Below, in pieces: positions 1 through 13,452 of a DNA stretch of 39,312 nt. Source of the stretch: Spirogloea muscicola (lineage: Eukaryota). The stretch is taken from contig WELB01000002.1 in the NCBI GenBank assembly GCA_009602725.1, positions 1,010,218 through 1,049,529 of the forward strand, given 5' to 3'. The notes beneath the pieces are model-generated. The model ran no database searches and had not been told where the DNA came from. It saw nothing but the letters and a program-made list of their open reading frames with translations. Made by a program: the position numbers and the translations under genes. How positions within the stretch are numbered: the first letter of the stretch is position 1; each line of letters begins with the position of its first letter.

Positions 1-509
1 CACTTGCTTGCAGTGCAAGCAGAACATCCCTACACCCAGAAACATGGTGCACGGCCATTCTGGGCTGAAATTTGTTTGGAGTGTCCAAGTAGCCTGACAA
101 TTCAAGGTGATGTCTTATGGGTCAAGCTCTTCGTGCAGCAGCTGGACCATGGCCGTAATACATTGCCACGCTCTGCAACTTTGTGCAACCCTTCACCAGG
201 ATACGACTTGGCTTGATCAGCCGGCAAGCTTGGCAGCCAAAGAAACCCAATGCAGGAAAGCAGATATGTGCTTTGTGTTGCCTCCCCAGATGGACGGTTG
301 GTCGTTAGATGCTCAGACGTAGATATATCTTGCAGGTGGAGAGGCGGATGCAAAGTCGGTATAGCTTATATATCGCACTTAGAAGCGGAAGAATGGTTTG
401 AGTCGTGCTCGCAGCTTGCAGTGAGCACAGTCAGCCAGGTGCTGACTGCGGCTCTCACACCAGCAGCCTAGAGGGATCCATAGGGCTGTCTGCTTGTGAG
501 ACGCATCGG

Positions 510-1884
510 TCAGTCAAAAACCCTCTCGCCTGTTGCAAACAGGCAGAAGATGAGGGCTGTAAATATACACAGGCCGGCGGGCGTGCCAAAGACCAGCTTC
601 CACGCCTCAGCGTCAGCGCCGCCGTCGGGGGAGCCCTCAAGGATGAGACCTGTGGCAGCGACGCCCACAACACCAGCAATGGTACCGGCGGTGTTGGACA
701 CGCCCATGACGATGCCGGCATAGCGGGGGGCAATGTCCATGTGGTTGACGGCAAAGCCTGCGCGGGCGAGCGCGCAGGCGCCGAGCGCCACCGAGGAGCA
801 GAAGACGGTCCCAGGGACGGAGTTGAGGGAGGGCATCATGAGCAGGGCAGCAGCAGCAGCCAGAAAGCCGATGGTGTTGAGCAGCTTGCGGGTGTACGTG
901 ACAGAGAAGATGCGGCGCGTGATGAGGTGGTCGGCGATGACGCCGCCGACGTTGGAGAAGATGAACATGACGAAGTAGGGCAGCATCTTGGAGAGGCCCA
1001 TGACGGCGAGGTCGGCCTTGAGCCCCTGCTCGAAGTAGGTGGGGAGCCAGTTCATGAGCACGTAGAGCGCGTAGTGGAAGGTGAAGTTGTTGACCACGAT
1101 GGCCCACACGGCGCGCGAGGCCATGATGCGCGCCCAGGGGATCTTGTTGGCGGGCGGGCGACGCACGCGGATGGGGCTAGTGTTGCCAGCTGCGCCACCG
1201 CCCATCCCGCCATGCTCCGCGTCGTGCCCGCCGTTCTCGGTCTTGTCGGCGGCGCTGCCCAGCAGCACGGCGGCGGGGAAGCCGGTGGCGCCGCCGGGCG
1301 GGTCGGTGGCGAGCTGCGCCCAGAGCACGGCCCAGGCGGCGCCGAGCCCGGCGACGAGCAGGAAGACGGAGCCGGGCCCGTGGCGGGCGACGATGTCGGG
1401 CAGCGCGGCCATGGCGGCGGCGGCGCCGAAGTACATGCCGGACGTGGTGAGGCTGACGGCGCGGGAGCGCTCGTGGGGCGGGATCCACTGCGCCAGCACA
1501 GTGTGGATGGACGGGAAGATGAAGCCCTGGGCGGCGCCCACGAGCAGGCGCGCGGCGACGACGGCGGGCAGCGGGCCGGCGGCGGCGGGCGTGGCGGCGC
1601 AGGTGGCAGCCCAGAGGACGAAGGAGGCGAGCAGCACGCGGCGGCCGCCGAGCTTCTGGGCGGCCCAGCCGCCGGGTACCTGGCTGCTGGCGTAGCCGTA
1701 GTAGAAGGCGCTGAGCACCCAGCCCTTGGTGGCCTGCCCCACGCCCTCGCGGCTGGCCGCCGCCGTGAACGCCAGGCTGAACCCCACGCGCTCCACGTAG
1801 CACACGCTGGTGCACAGGAACGTCAGCGCCACCGTCACGTAGCGCTGCGGCACGCCCCGCACCGTGCTCGGCACCGCCGCCGCA
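510..1884 (-). CDS. PHT4;6: MFS/SLC17 anion (phosphate) transporter, PHT4;6/ANTR5 type; intronless in the visible part; true start lies in the N gap
   Basis: ORF 510..1874 reads PQRYVTVALTFLCTSVCYVERVGFS, SQVPGGWAAQKLGGRRVLL, QGFIFPSIHTVLAQWIPPHERSR, NNFTFHYALYVLMNWLPTYF, GFAVNHMDIAPRYAG and ends ATGERVFD, matching recalled plant PHT4;6. The frame stays open up to the Ns at 1885. Confidence 0.93.
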
Positions 1885-2214
1885 NNNNNNNNNNNNNNNN
1901 NNNNNNNNNNNNNNNNNNNNNNNNNNNNNNNNNNNNNNNNNNNNNNNNNNNNNNNNNNNNNNNNNNNNNNNNNNNNNNNNNNNNNNNNNNNNNNNNNNNN
2001 NNNNNNNNNNNNNNNNNNNNNNNNNNNNNNNNNNNNNNNNNNNNNNNNNNNNNNNNNNNNNNNNNNNNNNNNNNNNNNNNNNNNNNNNNNNNNNNNNNNN
2101 NNNNNNNNNNNNNNNNNNNNNNNNNNNNNNNNNNNNNNNNNNNNNNNNNNNNNNNNNNNNNNNNNNNNNNNNNNNNNNNNNNNNNNNNNNNNNNNNNNNN
2201 NNNNNNNNNNNNNN
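1885..2214. other. Assembly gap (330 N) covering the PHT4;6 5' end
   Basis: Run of N in the sequence. Confidence 0.99.
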
Positions 2215-2310
2215 GGGGGGGGGGGTTGGGAGGAGGCGCAGCTTAAGTCAGCTAAGCCACTTTCTTAACAGTCGGTCAAAGGCAGCGGCTGCCGATGTGA
2301 AAGCTGTTAG

Positions 2311-2530
2311 CATTCCTCTGGGCTGGCCTCTCACAGCCAGCCCCTGACATCACGAGCGTCATTTATTGGGAAGAACTTTGGGGTTTAAAAGAGAGTGCGG
2401 CCAGATTGCTGGTGGCTGGGAAGGGCCAGCCCAAAGGAATGGACAAGGTCTGAAGGAGCCGGAGTGCGAAGGACTAGGACTAAGACATCAGCCAGGGAAC
2501 GCTCAGTAACCTCTAGTCAGGAGATGCAGG
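2311..2530. mobile_element. Cluster 1: RLE non-LTR retroelement 3' fragments (minus copy ~2395-2530; plus hairpin-tail remnant ~2311-2345)
   Basis: The minus strand reads LHLLTRGY* then gagcgttccctggctgatgtcttagtcctagtccttcgcactccggctccttcagacc, nearly identical to 37861-37943 and 37083-37217. Confidence 0.88.
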
Positions 2531-2851
2531 AGTTTAAAAGGCAGCCCAGAAAGTGAACTGTGGAGCGGCTTCCACCCCCCCTCATCCTTCCCTCCTCCCC
2601 CGCATTCCGCGGCGGCAATCCCGGCGTGCCTCGCGCGGAGCTGCCTGGCTGCGCCAGCGCCGGCCCTCCGGCTCCGGCCAGCAACAATGCCAAAGGGTCT
2701 ACGCAGGCCTTGCGACTCGACAGCCACACGGCTCCGGAGGCAGCCCTTGTGCAGGCAGGAAGATCGCCCGTGTGGGCAGGAGCCTCGTGCTTGGTGTCGC
2801 CGTGGACACAGCCCGGCATGACTTGCGATCACACCGTGGACCACTGCACCT

Positions 2852-4985
2852 CTAGCTGGGCTCCGAGCCGCCCCTTCGGTCCAGCCTGCCCCCCGGTGTG
2901 ACTATAATGCCTGCTGCCGTAACAAACCCATCCACCTGGGTATCGCTCGCATCCATGGGCACTGCTTCCTCCAGAACCTGGACCGAGTACGCCAAGGCCA
3001 CTGCCAGGAAACAAGGTAGAAGCACGGTGGAGCCTTTACTGTCAATATCTTCCCACTCATTTGAAGCCTGCCAGAGAAGACAAGCCTCACGGTGACTCCA
3101 AATTCGACACTGCCTCTGTGCAATGCAACTGGCTAGGTAGCTGCCTCACGAAATCTCTCAGGAGCACCGTCCATTTGCAAGTCCTTGCACACAGAAGGAT
3201 GACACAAATAAGCTGGCATAACTCACCGCACAGAGGGCGTGTCCAGCCCTTGCCGCGAGCACGCTCGTGGTAAGTTTGGAGGAAAAGATCATAATACCTG
3301 CATTGTGTGAGCACATCGATAACAACTCAAAAGTGCATGAACCAAAACAACAAGTCTGCCTACTGCAAGTCTGGTGCCCTGATAGCAAATCTTGCAGGCA
3401 GGTAATGTGACAGCACAACTAGAGGTTGCCTAGCCTGCTCCAGCAGCCTAGTGGGCCTTGAAGGAGCCATGCACGAGCTGACTAGTATGAGTCAGCAGTC
3501 CCCATCAAGTGCTCGTCATAGTAATTGCAGCATGACACTCAATCGAGGACTGCTGCACTCACCCTCCCCCACGGCCCAACCGTCCTCCTGATTTGTCAAA
3601 AGCAAGACCTGCATTGCGGAACATATGCCCAGCCATTTCAGGTCCTGATGAGGACTATACGTCAGCATGCATTTCTGGGGGAAAGGACAATAGAGGCAGG
3701 TGATATTTGACTTCTAACAGCAGAATAAGCGCAACAAAGTCAGAACAAGAAGAGTGACCCAAAAGCCTGCATGCCAAGCCTCCTAAATAGGACGGATGCC
3801 ATGACAGCAATCTACTGTACCTGGCATGAGCACAAGGTCGAGCGGCTCCTCAGCCTGCATAGCTGCCAGCAAGGGAAGGTCACTGAGCAATAGAAGGCAC
3901 AGAATTGTCGTACAGTAGTAGCTTGCGGAGTGTTCCAGCTGCGTAATTATTGTTAGGCATCATTCTCCAAAACCATGTTGCCTTTGCAGCCTGCAGGAAA
4001 TCAGAACTGCTAACAATCAGAATGAATACCCACCATCTTCTCGAGGCGCCCCTGAAGAGTCCTTCAGCTTTGGCTCCAGAATCTTCATGCTGTTGCTGCT
4101 GTTGGCTTCAACGTCAGAGGTGAGATTGGTGATTCGCAGCATCCGCATGTGACTCTCCTTGTCCTCAATCCGTGGCACGTACAGGCTTCTTGGACGACCT
4201 AACCAGAAGCGTGGCATCATGTCATCACCACCGGAGCAAGCCATGCCACGCATAGAGTTGACCAGTAAGTTGCAGATACCAGTCAAGCATTGGGTGATTT
4301 GGAGCAAGCTATAGTCAACACTAGGAGGATCAGTCTGCAATGCCATTGCACATTCTTACCTGCCTGCAACACCTCTGTGAGGACGGCGGACGTGTCCACC
4401 TCCCGCAACGCTGCACAGTAGATGTACGCGCAGAGGCGGCCGCTGCTCCGGAACCAACTGCTCTCCAACACGGCCTTCTGGATGCTGAGGTCTGTCTCAA
4501 GAGTGAGGCGGAGCAGCCACCGTCAGCTACATTGTGCCAGCTGCCAGGTGCAAGTATAACAGCTGCTGACTCGAGAGCGTCGCTCGAAGATGATGTTCAC
4601 TTGCGCAACAATGATCGAAGCATCTCTTGCTGAGAGCCGCAGGCCGTCCCGCCGTCGTCCCTGAGCATCCACATGCTGCCTCCACACACTCTACCGTGTG
4701 GGAGCAGAGTCCGGATGGCACGAGCTCTCGTGCTACAGTCCTCCGAGTCCAGTGCAGTAGTCCAAGACTACGTGCTAAGTAGGAGCCAAGCTTAGGTGAG
4801 TCTTGGCGCTTGGCACGACGGCAACCAAGAGCGGGGCCAAGCGACGGACCTTCGGCGGCGCGCTGCACCGGGGTCATCTGGCGCAGCGCGGCGCGCACGC
4901 GCGCCCGGATGCGCGCCTTGTCGTCCTGCAGGCTGCCCGCGGCCGGTCGCGCGCTCGGCTCCGGCACGGCGGCCGCGGACGACAN
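2852..4985 (-). CDS. 5FCL: 5-formyltetrahydrofolate cyclo-ligase, 7 exons (4985-4850, 4491-4360, 4198-4034, 3862-3821, 3608-3563, 3297-3227, 3000-2852)
   Basis: Phase-consistent GT-AG splicing gives [87 protein letters not shown] and VALAYSVQV. The start is probably NTG at 4985, with N as the A of ATG. Confidence 0.93.
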
Positions 4986-5129
4986 GCGGCGGGGGTCATG
5001 ACGGCGCGGGGAGGCCGGTCGCCGCCGCCATGGTTTGCGCGGCTCGAACTCTCGTCGTCTGAGTTAGGTGTCTTAAAGCTAGGGTTGCGTTTGCAGCCCC
5101 CCCCCTCCCACCCCGAGCCTCGTCGCGCC

Positions 5130-8100
5130 ATGCGCCGCGGGCCTCCGCCGCCGCCGCCGTCGCCGCCACCGCCGTCGCTGCCGCCGCCGCGGCGACGTGG
5201 CGGCAATTACCGCGCTCGCCGAGCCTTGTTCATGGCATTCGGAACGCGTGGAGACGTCCAGCCCCTTGCGGTGAGCGCTCCCTGCCGCCCATCAAGAGGC
5301 TCGCGTCGCCAACGTCGGCCAGCATGTCCCGATCACGGGCGCCCTTCGCGCCTTCTGCTGGACGAGCTCGGATGAAGGCTGCGCATTCACAGCAAAGGCT
5401 GTCGAAGCACCTGCTGCAGTGCGACGACTGGCGTGTCCATCAGACCCTGGTTGACGTGCATTGAGCAGACGACAAGCTGCACCCTGCTGTGCCGGACGAA
5501 CTCAGCAGCCTCCTGGCGTCCTCGATCACGCGCAGGTCCTGGCGCGGGCGATGGCGGTGTCCTGCGCCGACGTTGACGTCCACTTCTGCTCGAATGCTGC
5601 TCACAAGGTGCCCCCTGATACAAAGGAGTCCTCCTGGTCAAGACACGGGTAGAGCACTGCATGTTACACAGCTTGTGCAGCTTGCAAGGAGGTGGGGACC
5701 TCGTCCATTGGCTGTTGAGTTGCGCTTTCATGACCAATGTCAGCAACAGGATCCTTGTGCTTACCTTTGTGTTCTGCTGTCAATGAAGAGATTCGTAAAG
5801 ATGGTCTTGACTTCTCCCTATCCATACCCTCTCCCTATCCATACCCCTGTCCTTCCTCTCAGCGTGAGCTTGCGATGGTTTGTTTTGAAAGGCTACACAA
5901 AGAATCTGCATATGGACTGCCTTCTCCTGCTCCTCATTGTGACACCTGCAGCATGTACTGAAGTCTTTAGGTGACTTACAAGGATGCTCTAGAAGATGAA
6001 GGAGTTGCTACGACTTGGGTTTCCACACCTCCTGTTGCAAGTCGTGAGCTTGGGTCCCCCCCCAACAGCACTGGTATGCAGTTGATCCAGCTGGATCATC
6101 AAGCAGTGACCCTTGCCGTACTTGACCATGTTGAGGGAGTGCAGGGTGACCCTTTCATGTATTTGCCACTGCAGGAGAAGCTACACCCGCTTTTCCAGCT
6201 TACGCCTTAAGAGTTAGATGTTGACCAATTAATTGACCTGTCAATAAATTGCAGGTAACGATGTGATAAATAATTCAATAGCTGGGGGCTGGGGGCTTGA
6301 GCTTGAGAAGCTGCACCAGGAGCAGTGTAAGGACTGCTTTGACAAGGCTCTTGGACAATGCGAACCGGGGGATCTGACATTGGTAGTATTCAACCTGTTT
6401 GCCCTGGTACTATTTCGACCCTTCTGCGGCCTTAGGGGAATTCTATAAGATGATTTGGACCAATCTTTTGTACTATCGTGTAATCTTATAGGATGATTTG
6501 GCTTGACTTTTGTGATACTAAGAAAATGCACATCAGGCAGCATTGCTCTGCATATGCTTGGATATGATCTGCTGGTGCATGTGTAGCCTCTTGGTGATGA
6601 CAGAAGATGATGCCTTCAAGCAGGAAGCGTGGCACTTGTCAGAATACTTTGGCTTCAGATGTGCTGCTGCAGCCCCATACTTCATCCCCTATTGGTACCG
6701 GAAGTCATCTATATCTCTCACCCTCCTCTGACACAATGGGAGTTGATGCCTGGCACACTCCATGAGGCTGTTAGGCGGGTGCGCCAGACAGCTTATGTGA
6801 GAAGTGCTGTTGGCAGAGTTAGCTCAGTCAGCTTGGTGGCATTGCAGTGCTCCAGCTTCACTTGAGAGTCAGTTTCATGATTTACATCCAGATCTGCTAA
6901 GGGCACTGAAGCAGGCTGCACCTCACAAGGTAGTATCCTGCATACTCATCTGCAACTGGCACATCTGCCAGCCATGCAATGTGATTGCAGAGCCTGCATT
7001 GTAATAGGTGGCAGGACAGCATCAAGTCGGCTGCACTTAGTGCATGAAGTATTCTTATCAATCTTGCATAGATGGTAGACGTGCCGTGTGCCAGCAAGCA
7101 GCCATGGCCTCAGACAGACGAGCTCGTCTCCTCATGCTTGCAGCTGGGGTGGCCTGAAGTTGAGCACTGGTTGTGGCCCCTGTTCTCAGAGCGTTGGAGT
7201 GCCTGGCGCAAGGACTGCCTTAGGCTGAGCTGCTGCTCATTGACGGTGCTTCTGCATGCCCACTGGAGATATCATGCACTCACTCGACATAAGTAGTTCG
7301 ACTTGTCGTGAAGGTTAACTTTGAACTTGTAATTGTGACAAAGTGCACTGAATGGTGAACAGCCGCGCTTTGATGACTCAGGTTGTTCTGGATGCCTGCT
7401 TGCAGGATTTCGTCACAGAGCTGCCAGTGTCATACAGTTGGCCAGCAGCCCCTCTGCTATTGTGAGAGTCTGTATTCTTGTAGAGGTTCAGTAGATGCTG
7501 CTGTTCCAACCCTCTTGACCCCCCCATTACTACCTGTTTTCTGATGCTTACTTATCTCCTGTGCCCATGACAATCCTTTCTGCGTGTGGGCTTTGTGTGT
7601 GTGGAGACACAGGTATGGTGTGAGCCCAATTGTTGTTGAGCGTCCAGGTACCTTGCCTCATCCAAACCCTCTGCTTGAAAAGCTGCGCCAAATTGTTGGC
7701 TGATGTGCGCAACATGCTCATCAGCTTTCTCAATCTGTTCCTGTTGGACTGAACCCCCGTATATTGCAGAGTACTGGCCAACAAGCGTACATCTTTGTGG
7801 TTTCTGGAGCGACAAGGAGCATATATTTGACACGAAGCGAAGCTACGACGGGCGCCGGCACCATTATGTGCCACCGCCAATGCTGCAGCAGTATCTGGAA
7901 GGCAGCAGGGCTGGCAATGACCCACCAATCGTTGTTGGGTTCAGCTCCATGGGCAGGTCAGCTGTCAACGCTGCCATGTGCAGCTTTAGTCCCCTCCTCT
8001 TGTCAAGAAAGTGCAGAAAGGGGCCTCCTCCTTTATGTCTGAGGCTTGATCTGGAGGTAATAGGTGCACCAGAGAAACCAGGAGGGTGGTCACTTACTAA

Positions 8101-9462
8101 GTACTATTCGTTAAAGCCATGGCTTCAGCTTTGTGATCCTAGTGCACATTTGGCTGCTGGCGGACTGGCTGGCTGGCTGGGCTGAACAAGTCCAGGATGT
8201 CTCACGGGTACTGCATTCCTTCAACTCCTGCAGCATGGGCCTTATCCAGAATGCAGGTCTACTTCTTCAGATTCTTGTAGCAACAATACGACGCACAGGG
8301 CATCGAGCCATATTGCTCACTAGCAACCACACGCCCTTGGAGGATGCAATTGCTGCCATGGCAGTGAGGCCCTCGGACAAAAGTTGCAGGAACATGCCTG
8401 TTCAGCTGGAGGAGGGTTTGCAGCTGGTGGATGGCCAACTCTTCTGCATTGCAGGGTACATTTCTGCTACTTCTCATCTATCTCGCCAGCCATATGGGTA
8501 CTGCTATACAGCTCTGCAACAAGGTTCTCAAATGAAAGATTGTCTGCATTGACTCAGTTCTCTTCTGTACAAATTGCAGGTCAATACCTCATGACTGGTT
8601 ATTTCAAAGATGTGGGCTGGTTGTTCATCATGCCGGAAGGTGCTCATGCTGGTCTTGTGGTTGGACATGCAATCATACTGTCACATGCAATCACAATTGT
8701 AAAAGCTTGCAAACATATCCTTGTAAATTATAGCAGACAGGTCCTCTGAAGTCACAGCACTTCATCTGATCGTGCACCTGATATTAATTGAGTGCCTGAT
8801 GCACGTGCTGCAGCGGCACTACAGCAGCTGCGCTAGGAGCAGGCATATCACAGGTACTATTCTTAAGGATGCATGACTTGAGGATGTTTGATTGAACCTG
8901 CTGCAATACTTTGTAGCACCTTAACCTTGCAATGCAGAGGTCACATAGAGTCCTGGCTTAATCATGCAATCAACCACCAATCCTGGCGCTCACATACCAT
9001 TCCTATTCATATTGAGCTTGCAAATAAAGCTTCCTGCAGGTCCCATGCCCTTTCATTTTCGACCAGTTCTATTGGGCCGAACGAATGGCATGGCTTGGAG
9101 TTGCCTCCAAGTCGGTGGCTTTGCACAACATTTTGAGCGGCAAGGCCACTTTGGAGCCCCTTGTTGAGGGTACAGATGCTCTAACAGGAGCCATCTTGCA
9201 AGCTGCTGCGCCCACCGTGAGGCAGCGGGCCCGTGACATTGCAAGCAATCTTGGGAAAGAGGTATCTGTAGTCCACTGCTTTGCCTACCTTGCAGCCATG
9301 CAGGAGTCTTGGAGTCCAGCCTTGGCCTGTTGTTGCAAAGGAGTTGGACATATTCTGCACTTGATGCTTGCTCCAACACCTCTGACAGGCAATTGACTTG
9401 CACTGCAGGATGGGGTAGGTGCAGCCGTCAGCCTCCTGCGTCTTGGACACTCATGGTGCTGA
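5130..9462 (+). CDS. GT-B fold UDP-glycosyltransferase (sterol-glucosyltransferase-like / At5g24750-like), multi-exon
   Basis: Exons read ALFMAFGTRGDVQPLA (5130-5270), VHFCSNAAHK, EAWHLSEYFG, WPEVEHWLWPLFSERW, YWPTSVHLCGFW, PPIVVGFSSMG, SIPHDWLFQRCGLVVHHAG|SGTTAAAL, CPFIFDQFYWAERMAWLG, and last exon DGVGAAVSLL 9409-9462. GTRGD and HHAGSGTT are GT1/GT28 signatures. Confidence 0.88.
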
Positions 9463-10161
9463 GCCATTGCAGACTTGAGGGGGCAAGTTTTGCAGTCCAA
9501 GCTCACACAGGCATCCTTGTGGAGCACATTGTGATTAGCAGATGTAACATTTGGGCGGAGTTCTAAAACTTGGTACCTAGTGCAGAATGTGTTACAGGTC
9601 AAGAATCTCAGTGTCCTGCTCTTATTAGTCTTCGCTCCTTCAAGCTGCTTCCAAGTGCGATAAGACCTGCATCTCTTCTTGTCAATGTCTGTGCTCCAAT
9701 AACCATGCAAGTATGTATATCGGATACTGTACCATTCATGTACTTTAAATTACTTCGTCAACTGTGCCAGTGATGCAACGCAAGATTCTCCAAGCCTGCC
9801 TTCACAGTAATCTTGCAAGGGATACTGGTGTCCGCATAGACGAACGCAACCAAGCTATGCTTTGTCTGAAGATTGGAGGATGAGCAAGTGCATGGGACTC
9901 AATCGGTATTCAGGTGATGGAGGGTTTAGATACACAAGAGAAAGACACAGTCACTTCCAGTTAGAGCTGCTGATCTATTTGCGGGCTTGCTTGCAAGTCC
10001 TTGTGAGCCACGCTTGCCATGACTAGGAGGCACTAGTTGCCATTTTGATCATGGAGACAGAATACTGGTCAATCAAAGGACCATGAGCTCTTTCTACAGG
10101 GAAGGTATGTGCACGTGTGCTTTATGAACAGGTGTTAAGGTATTCAGGCTGGAGGTGTGGT

Positions 10162-12946
10162 CTACACTGAAACATTCTGCCAAGGTGCTTCCTTTGGTGC
10201 AAAAATGGCATCATGATGCTCAATCAGACACTGCACACAGACAAATGTGCCTCAGCCGTAAGATGCTACTCCAAGACAAGATGATATTTCACAGAATATC
10301 TTGTGCATGGGAGAGTGCAGTTTGATTGAGAGGTGCTGTAGCAGAGCAAGTAGCACATACAATAGCTGCGAAACTACTTGTCTGGGGCCTGACCTGTACA
10401 GCAGCTATAACAGCAGCTTGCTCGGAGTTCGGCTCCAACTCCAGCGGAATGTCTGTTGGCAGCTCATCCGAGCCTGTTGGGGCTGCTGCTTCACTTCCCT
10501 TGGTATCTGCTCCATTGACAAGCAGCTCACCTGATGCAGTATACATAACCAATTATTTTATGCTTGGTAGCTCCGCAGGTGCAAATTGAACTGCAAGGGC
10601 AGTGGTGGCTTGCTTGATAATGAACAACCCTCACCAACTGGAGCAGGCACATGAGCTGGTGAGGACTTGGCCCCGGCCTCCTGTACAGCTGTTGAGCTCT
10701 TCTGCCATAGTAGAGCCGGAGCTACAACAGTCGCTAATTTGTGAGCGTCCATCTGCAAGCCGGCCAGCTGCACATGTTAGCTCTGTTGTGAATAGAGAGA
10801 TGAGGTTGCACTCGGGTCTACTCATTAGACAAAGTTTCAGAGGATGAAGAGGATGCAGCAAGAGGAGGGAGTTTCCATGAGAAGGCTCATAACATGCATA
10901 AGAAAAGTGTGGCCAAGCAAGCACCTTGTTGAGCTCAGCTTTTTGAGCAACACGGAGGAGTAGTGCAGCCAGGAACTCCAAGGAGGCCTCATTTGCAGGA
11001 GGCAGCGAGGAGACAAGCTCTTTGAGCTGCTGAACGTCACTGCCGGCATCAACTATAGCATAATAGAGCTCGTACGTCAAGAGAGGCTCAGGAAGACTCT
11101 GCAGGTACAACAGGATAAGCGCCGCCACATCGATCTCCTCCGTGTTTTCTGGCACCCTGGCGTGTGCATCTGCAAACCAGGATACAAGATTCAGACAAGA
11201 CCTTGACAAGGCTACAACAACATTCGAGCTCTGCCTGTGCTAAACACAGACAAGCAGGCTGCTTCTCCTACACTAGACCAGGGCGTCGACAAGTGGGGAA
11301 GTGCTACCTTCGTCAAACACTTGAATCAAATCAGTCAGCACCTCTTTCTTGCCCTCCTTCAGAAATAGCTCTTCAGTTGTCAGCCCTGCGGGGTGATGTC
11401 AAGCAGAAGCAGCAGCCCATCAGATGAGTACTTGCTGTACACAGCGTCCAATACTGTGCTGGCCAATCCTGTCTTATTGCTGCTGTCTCATTCTTGGGTT
11501 CCTGTGGACCACTGCATCCATGATGAAAGCAGTGCGCCTGACCTGACAATATTAGGTGGTTCACACATTCTGCCAGTACATGAGGCACCAGCCTGGCATT
11601 GTTCGCCTGCTGCACAGCAACTTCCAACGGGACCCCAAAAACTGTGGATGGAAAACTGTCATACGGTCAGGTAGCAAGAAAGTTTGACACTGTTGGTGCT
11701 GGTGTAGGAAGCATTTCTGTAGTCAGCTCTCAATTGAGTACAGGACTGCTACAGGAGGACTACATTAAAATGAAGGGAACTGCTGAGAGTTGCTGGGCAT
11801 TAACAAATTATGCTGGTCTTTGGGTACTTCAGGCAGCATCTCTTCAAGCAACTGCCTCTAAAAGAGAAGACTGTCTTGGAGGACGACTGGTGATGAGGAT
11901 GACCTCACCTCCCTTTGTCGTTTTCCCCTGGCAAAGTCATCAGAAGACCAATTTCAGATGCACGTCAGACACATGACTGCCCAATTGTATGAGCTGAAGG
12001 TGGCACTTGGAGTTTTGTGCAAGCCAACGTCATCAAGATCACAGCAAATGCACATCTGCACTGCGATGCTAGACTTTTGGAAAAGTGACATCCTCAGCTT
12101 TTGCAGCATTGCCATCACTGAGCAGGCTAGACATCAAGCGGCTCGGCAGACCCACGGAGTCTGTGGGGGCCAGCACACTTGCCTTCTGTCGCCAGTCAGC
12201 TCGCGCGAGCAGGCTCCTGCTGCGCTCCAGCGAGCTTCGGGTGGCCTGCAGCAGAAAGGAGTGCCCAAGACCATTATGACGTTGTCGAGTACCACCTGCC
12301 CAGGAAAATCAAATGTGGCAGCCCCTCACTGCTGTACATTTGAACCTGTGACCTTCAGATTACGAAATTCTGAAGAGACAACAAAGACTAACGGCAGCTG
12401 GGCTGTGGCGAGACGTTCGAGCCCAGGATGCCTTAAGCCTACAGCCAGCCGCCAGGAAGCGCAACGGTGCAGAGCCAGGCGCACCTGCCCGACGCGCTGG
12501 CCGACGCGGCTGGCCGCCACGCGGTTGCTGGTGTCCACGATGCCCCGCCGCAGCCGGCTGCCGGTCTCCGCGGCGGCGCCGGAGACGGAGCGGATGAGCG
12601 GCTCGACGCGCGGCTGCACATTGGCGCTCCACCCCTCCCTGGTGGTGGCCCACGTGGACTTGGCGACCGAGCCGGCGCCCTCGGCGGCACCCGCGACGGC
12701 CGTCCCGGCGCGGGCCGCGGCTTCCCGCAGCTTCGCGCCTGGCGCACGCAGCGAGCGCAGTAGCGGCTCAGGCGGACCAGCGAGCTTGTCGCAGTGCGGC
12801 CATCCATGGGCCAGCACGAGGGCGTGGGCGCGCTGCGGCCGGCTGCGGGACCGGCGTGACGGCGCAGCCATCGGCCGGCTCTCACTGGAGGAGGCGAGAA
12901 AGCCGCCGGCCTTGCCGCGCCACCCGGGCGGCTCCTCCGCCGCCAT
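10162..12946 (-). CDS. RhoGAP-domain protein, At5g61530-like, multi-exon
   Basis: Exons read MAAEEPPGWRGKAGGFLASS|AKLREA, RSLLARADWRQK, VFGVPLEVAVQQ, VPHVLAECVNHLILSG, IDVAALILLYLQSLPEPLLTYELY, LEFLAALLLRVAQKAELNK|MDAHKLA and VQ|CLIEHHDAIF (last exon 10230-10162). Recalled similarity to the plant family runs along the whole length. Confidence 0.9.
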
Positions 12947-13452
12947 GGCGCCGCCCCGCCTGCGCAGCAGGGGCCCTTGGCTCCACACCGATGACCGCAC
13001 CGAACGCCTCGCCGACGGCGCGGCGCTCGTACCCGACGGCAGCGACGGCAAGGGGCCGCCGCAACCCGCCGCCGCCGCCGCCGCGAGACGCGGGCGCGTT
13101 GCCGAATGTGGCGCGCGGGGCACTGCGCGGCGTGCGCGGGAGGATGATTCATGCGCGGAGATGGCCCCCGCGACCGGGCCAAGCCGCAGCCGCGCGGCCC
13201 CGCAACCCGGGGCCCCGGTTGAGGGGTGCAGGGCTCCCGCGTCGCTTGGCTTGCAACTATGGAGCACGTTCTGGGAAACGTTCGGGGCCACCTGAATTGT
13301 TGGCACCAGCAGGCCGGCGCAGGATGGCCCGCCGCCGGATGCAGCCGCAACCGCGTGGCCCCGCCGCGTGTGAAGCCGAAACCTGCCGCGGAGCCTCGAA
13401 GATCAGATTCAACGTCTCCGTCTACATTCACGTTCATCGCGGCCAAGTTGCA

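Noticed and set aside
1..509. Short ORFs at the window start
   Set aside because: There are no recognisable motifs; this is probably PHT4;6 3' UTR or the end of a neighbouring gene.
405..2246. 613-aa plus-strand ORF
   Set aside because: It is the antisense shadow of the GC-rich PHT4;6 CDS, extended through Ns.
11958..13446. Several 200-445 aa overlapping ORFs
   Set aside because: These are stop-poor GC-rich frames over the RhoGAP first exons and promoter; only the spliced minus frame matches a family.
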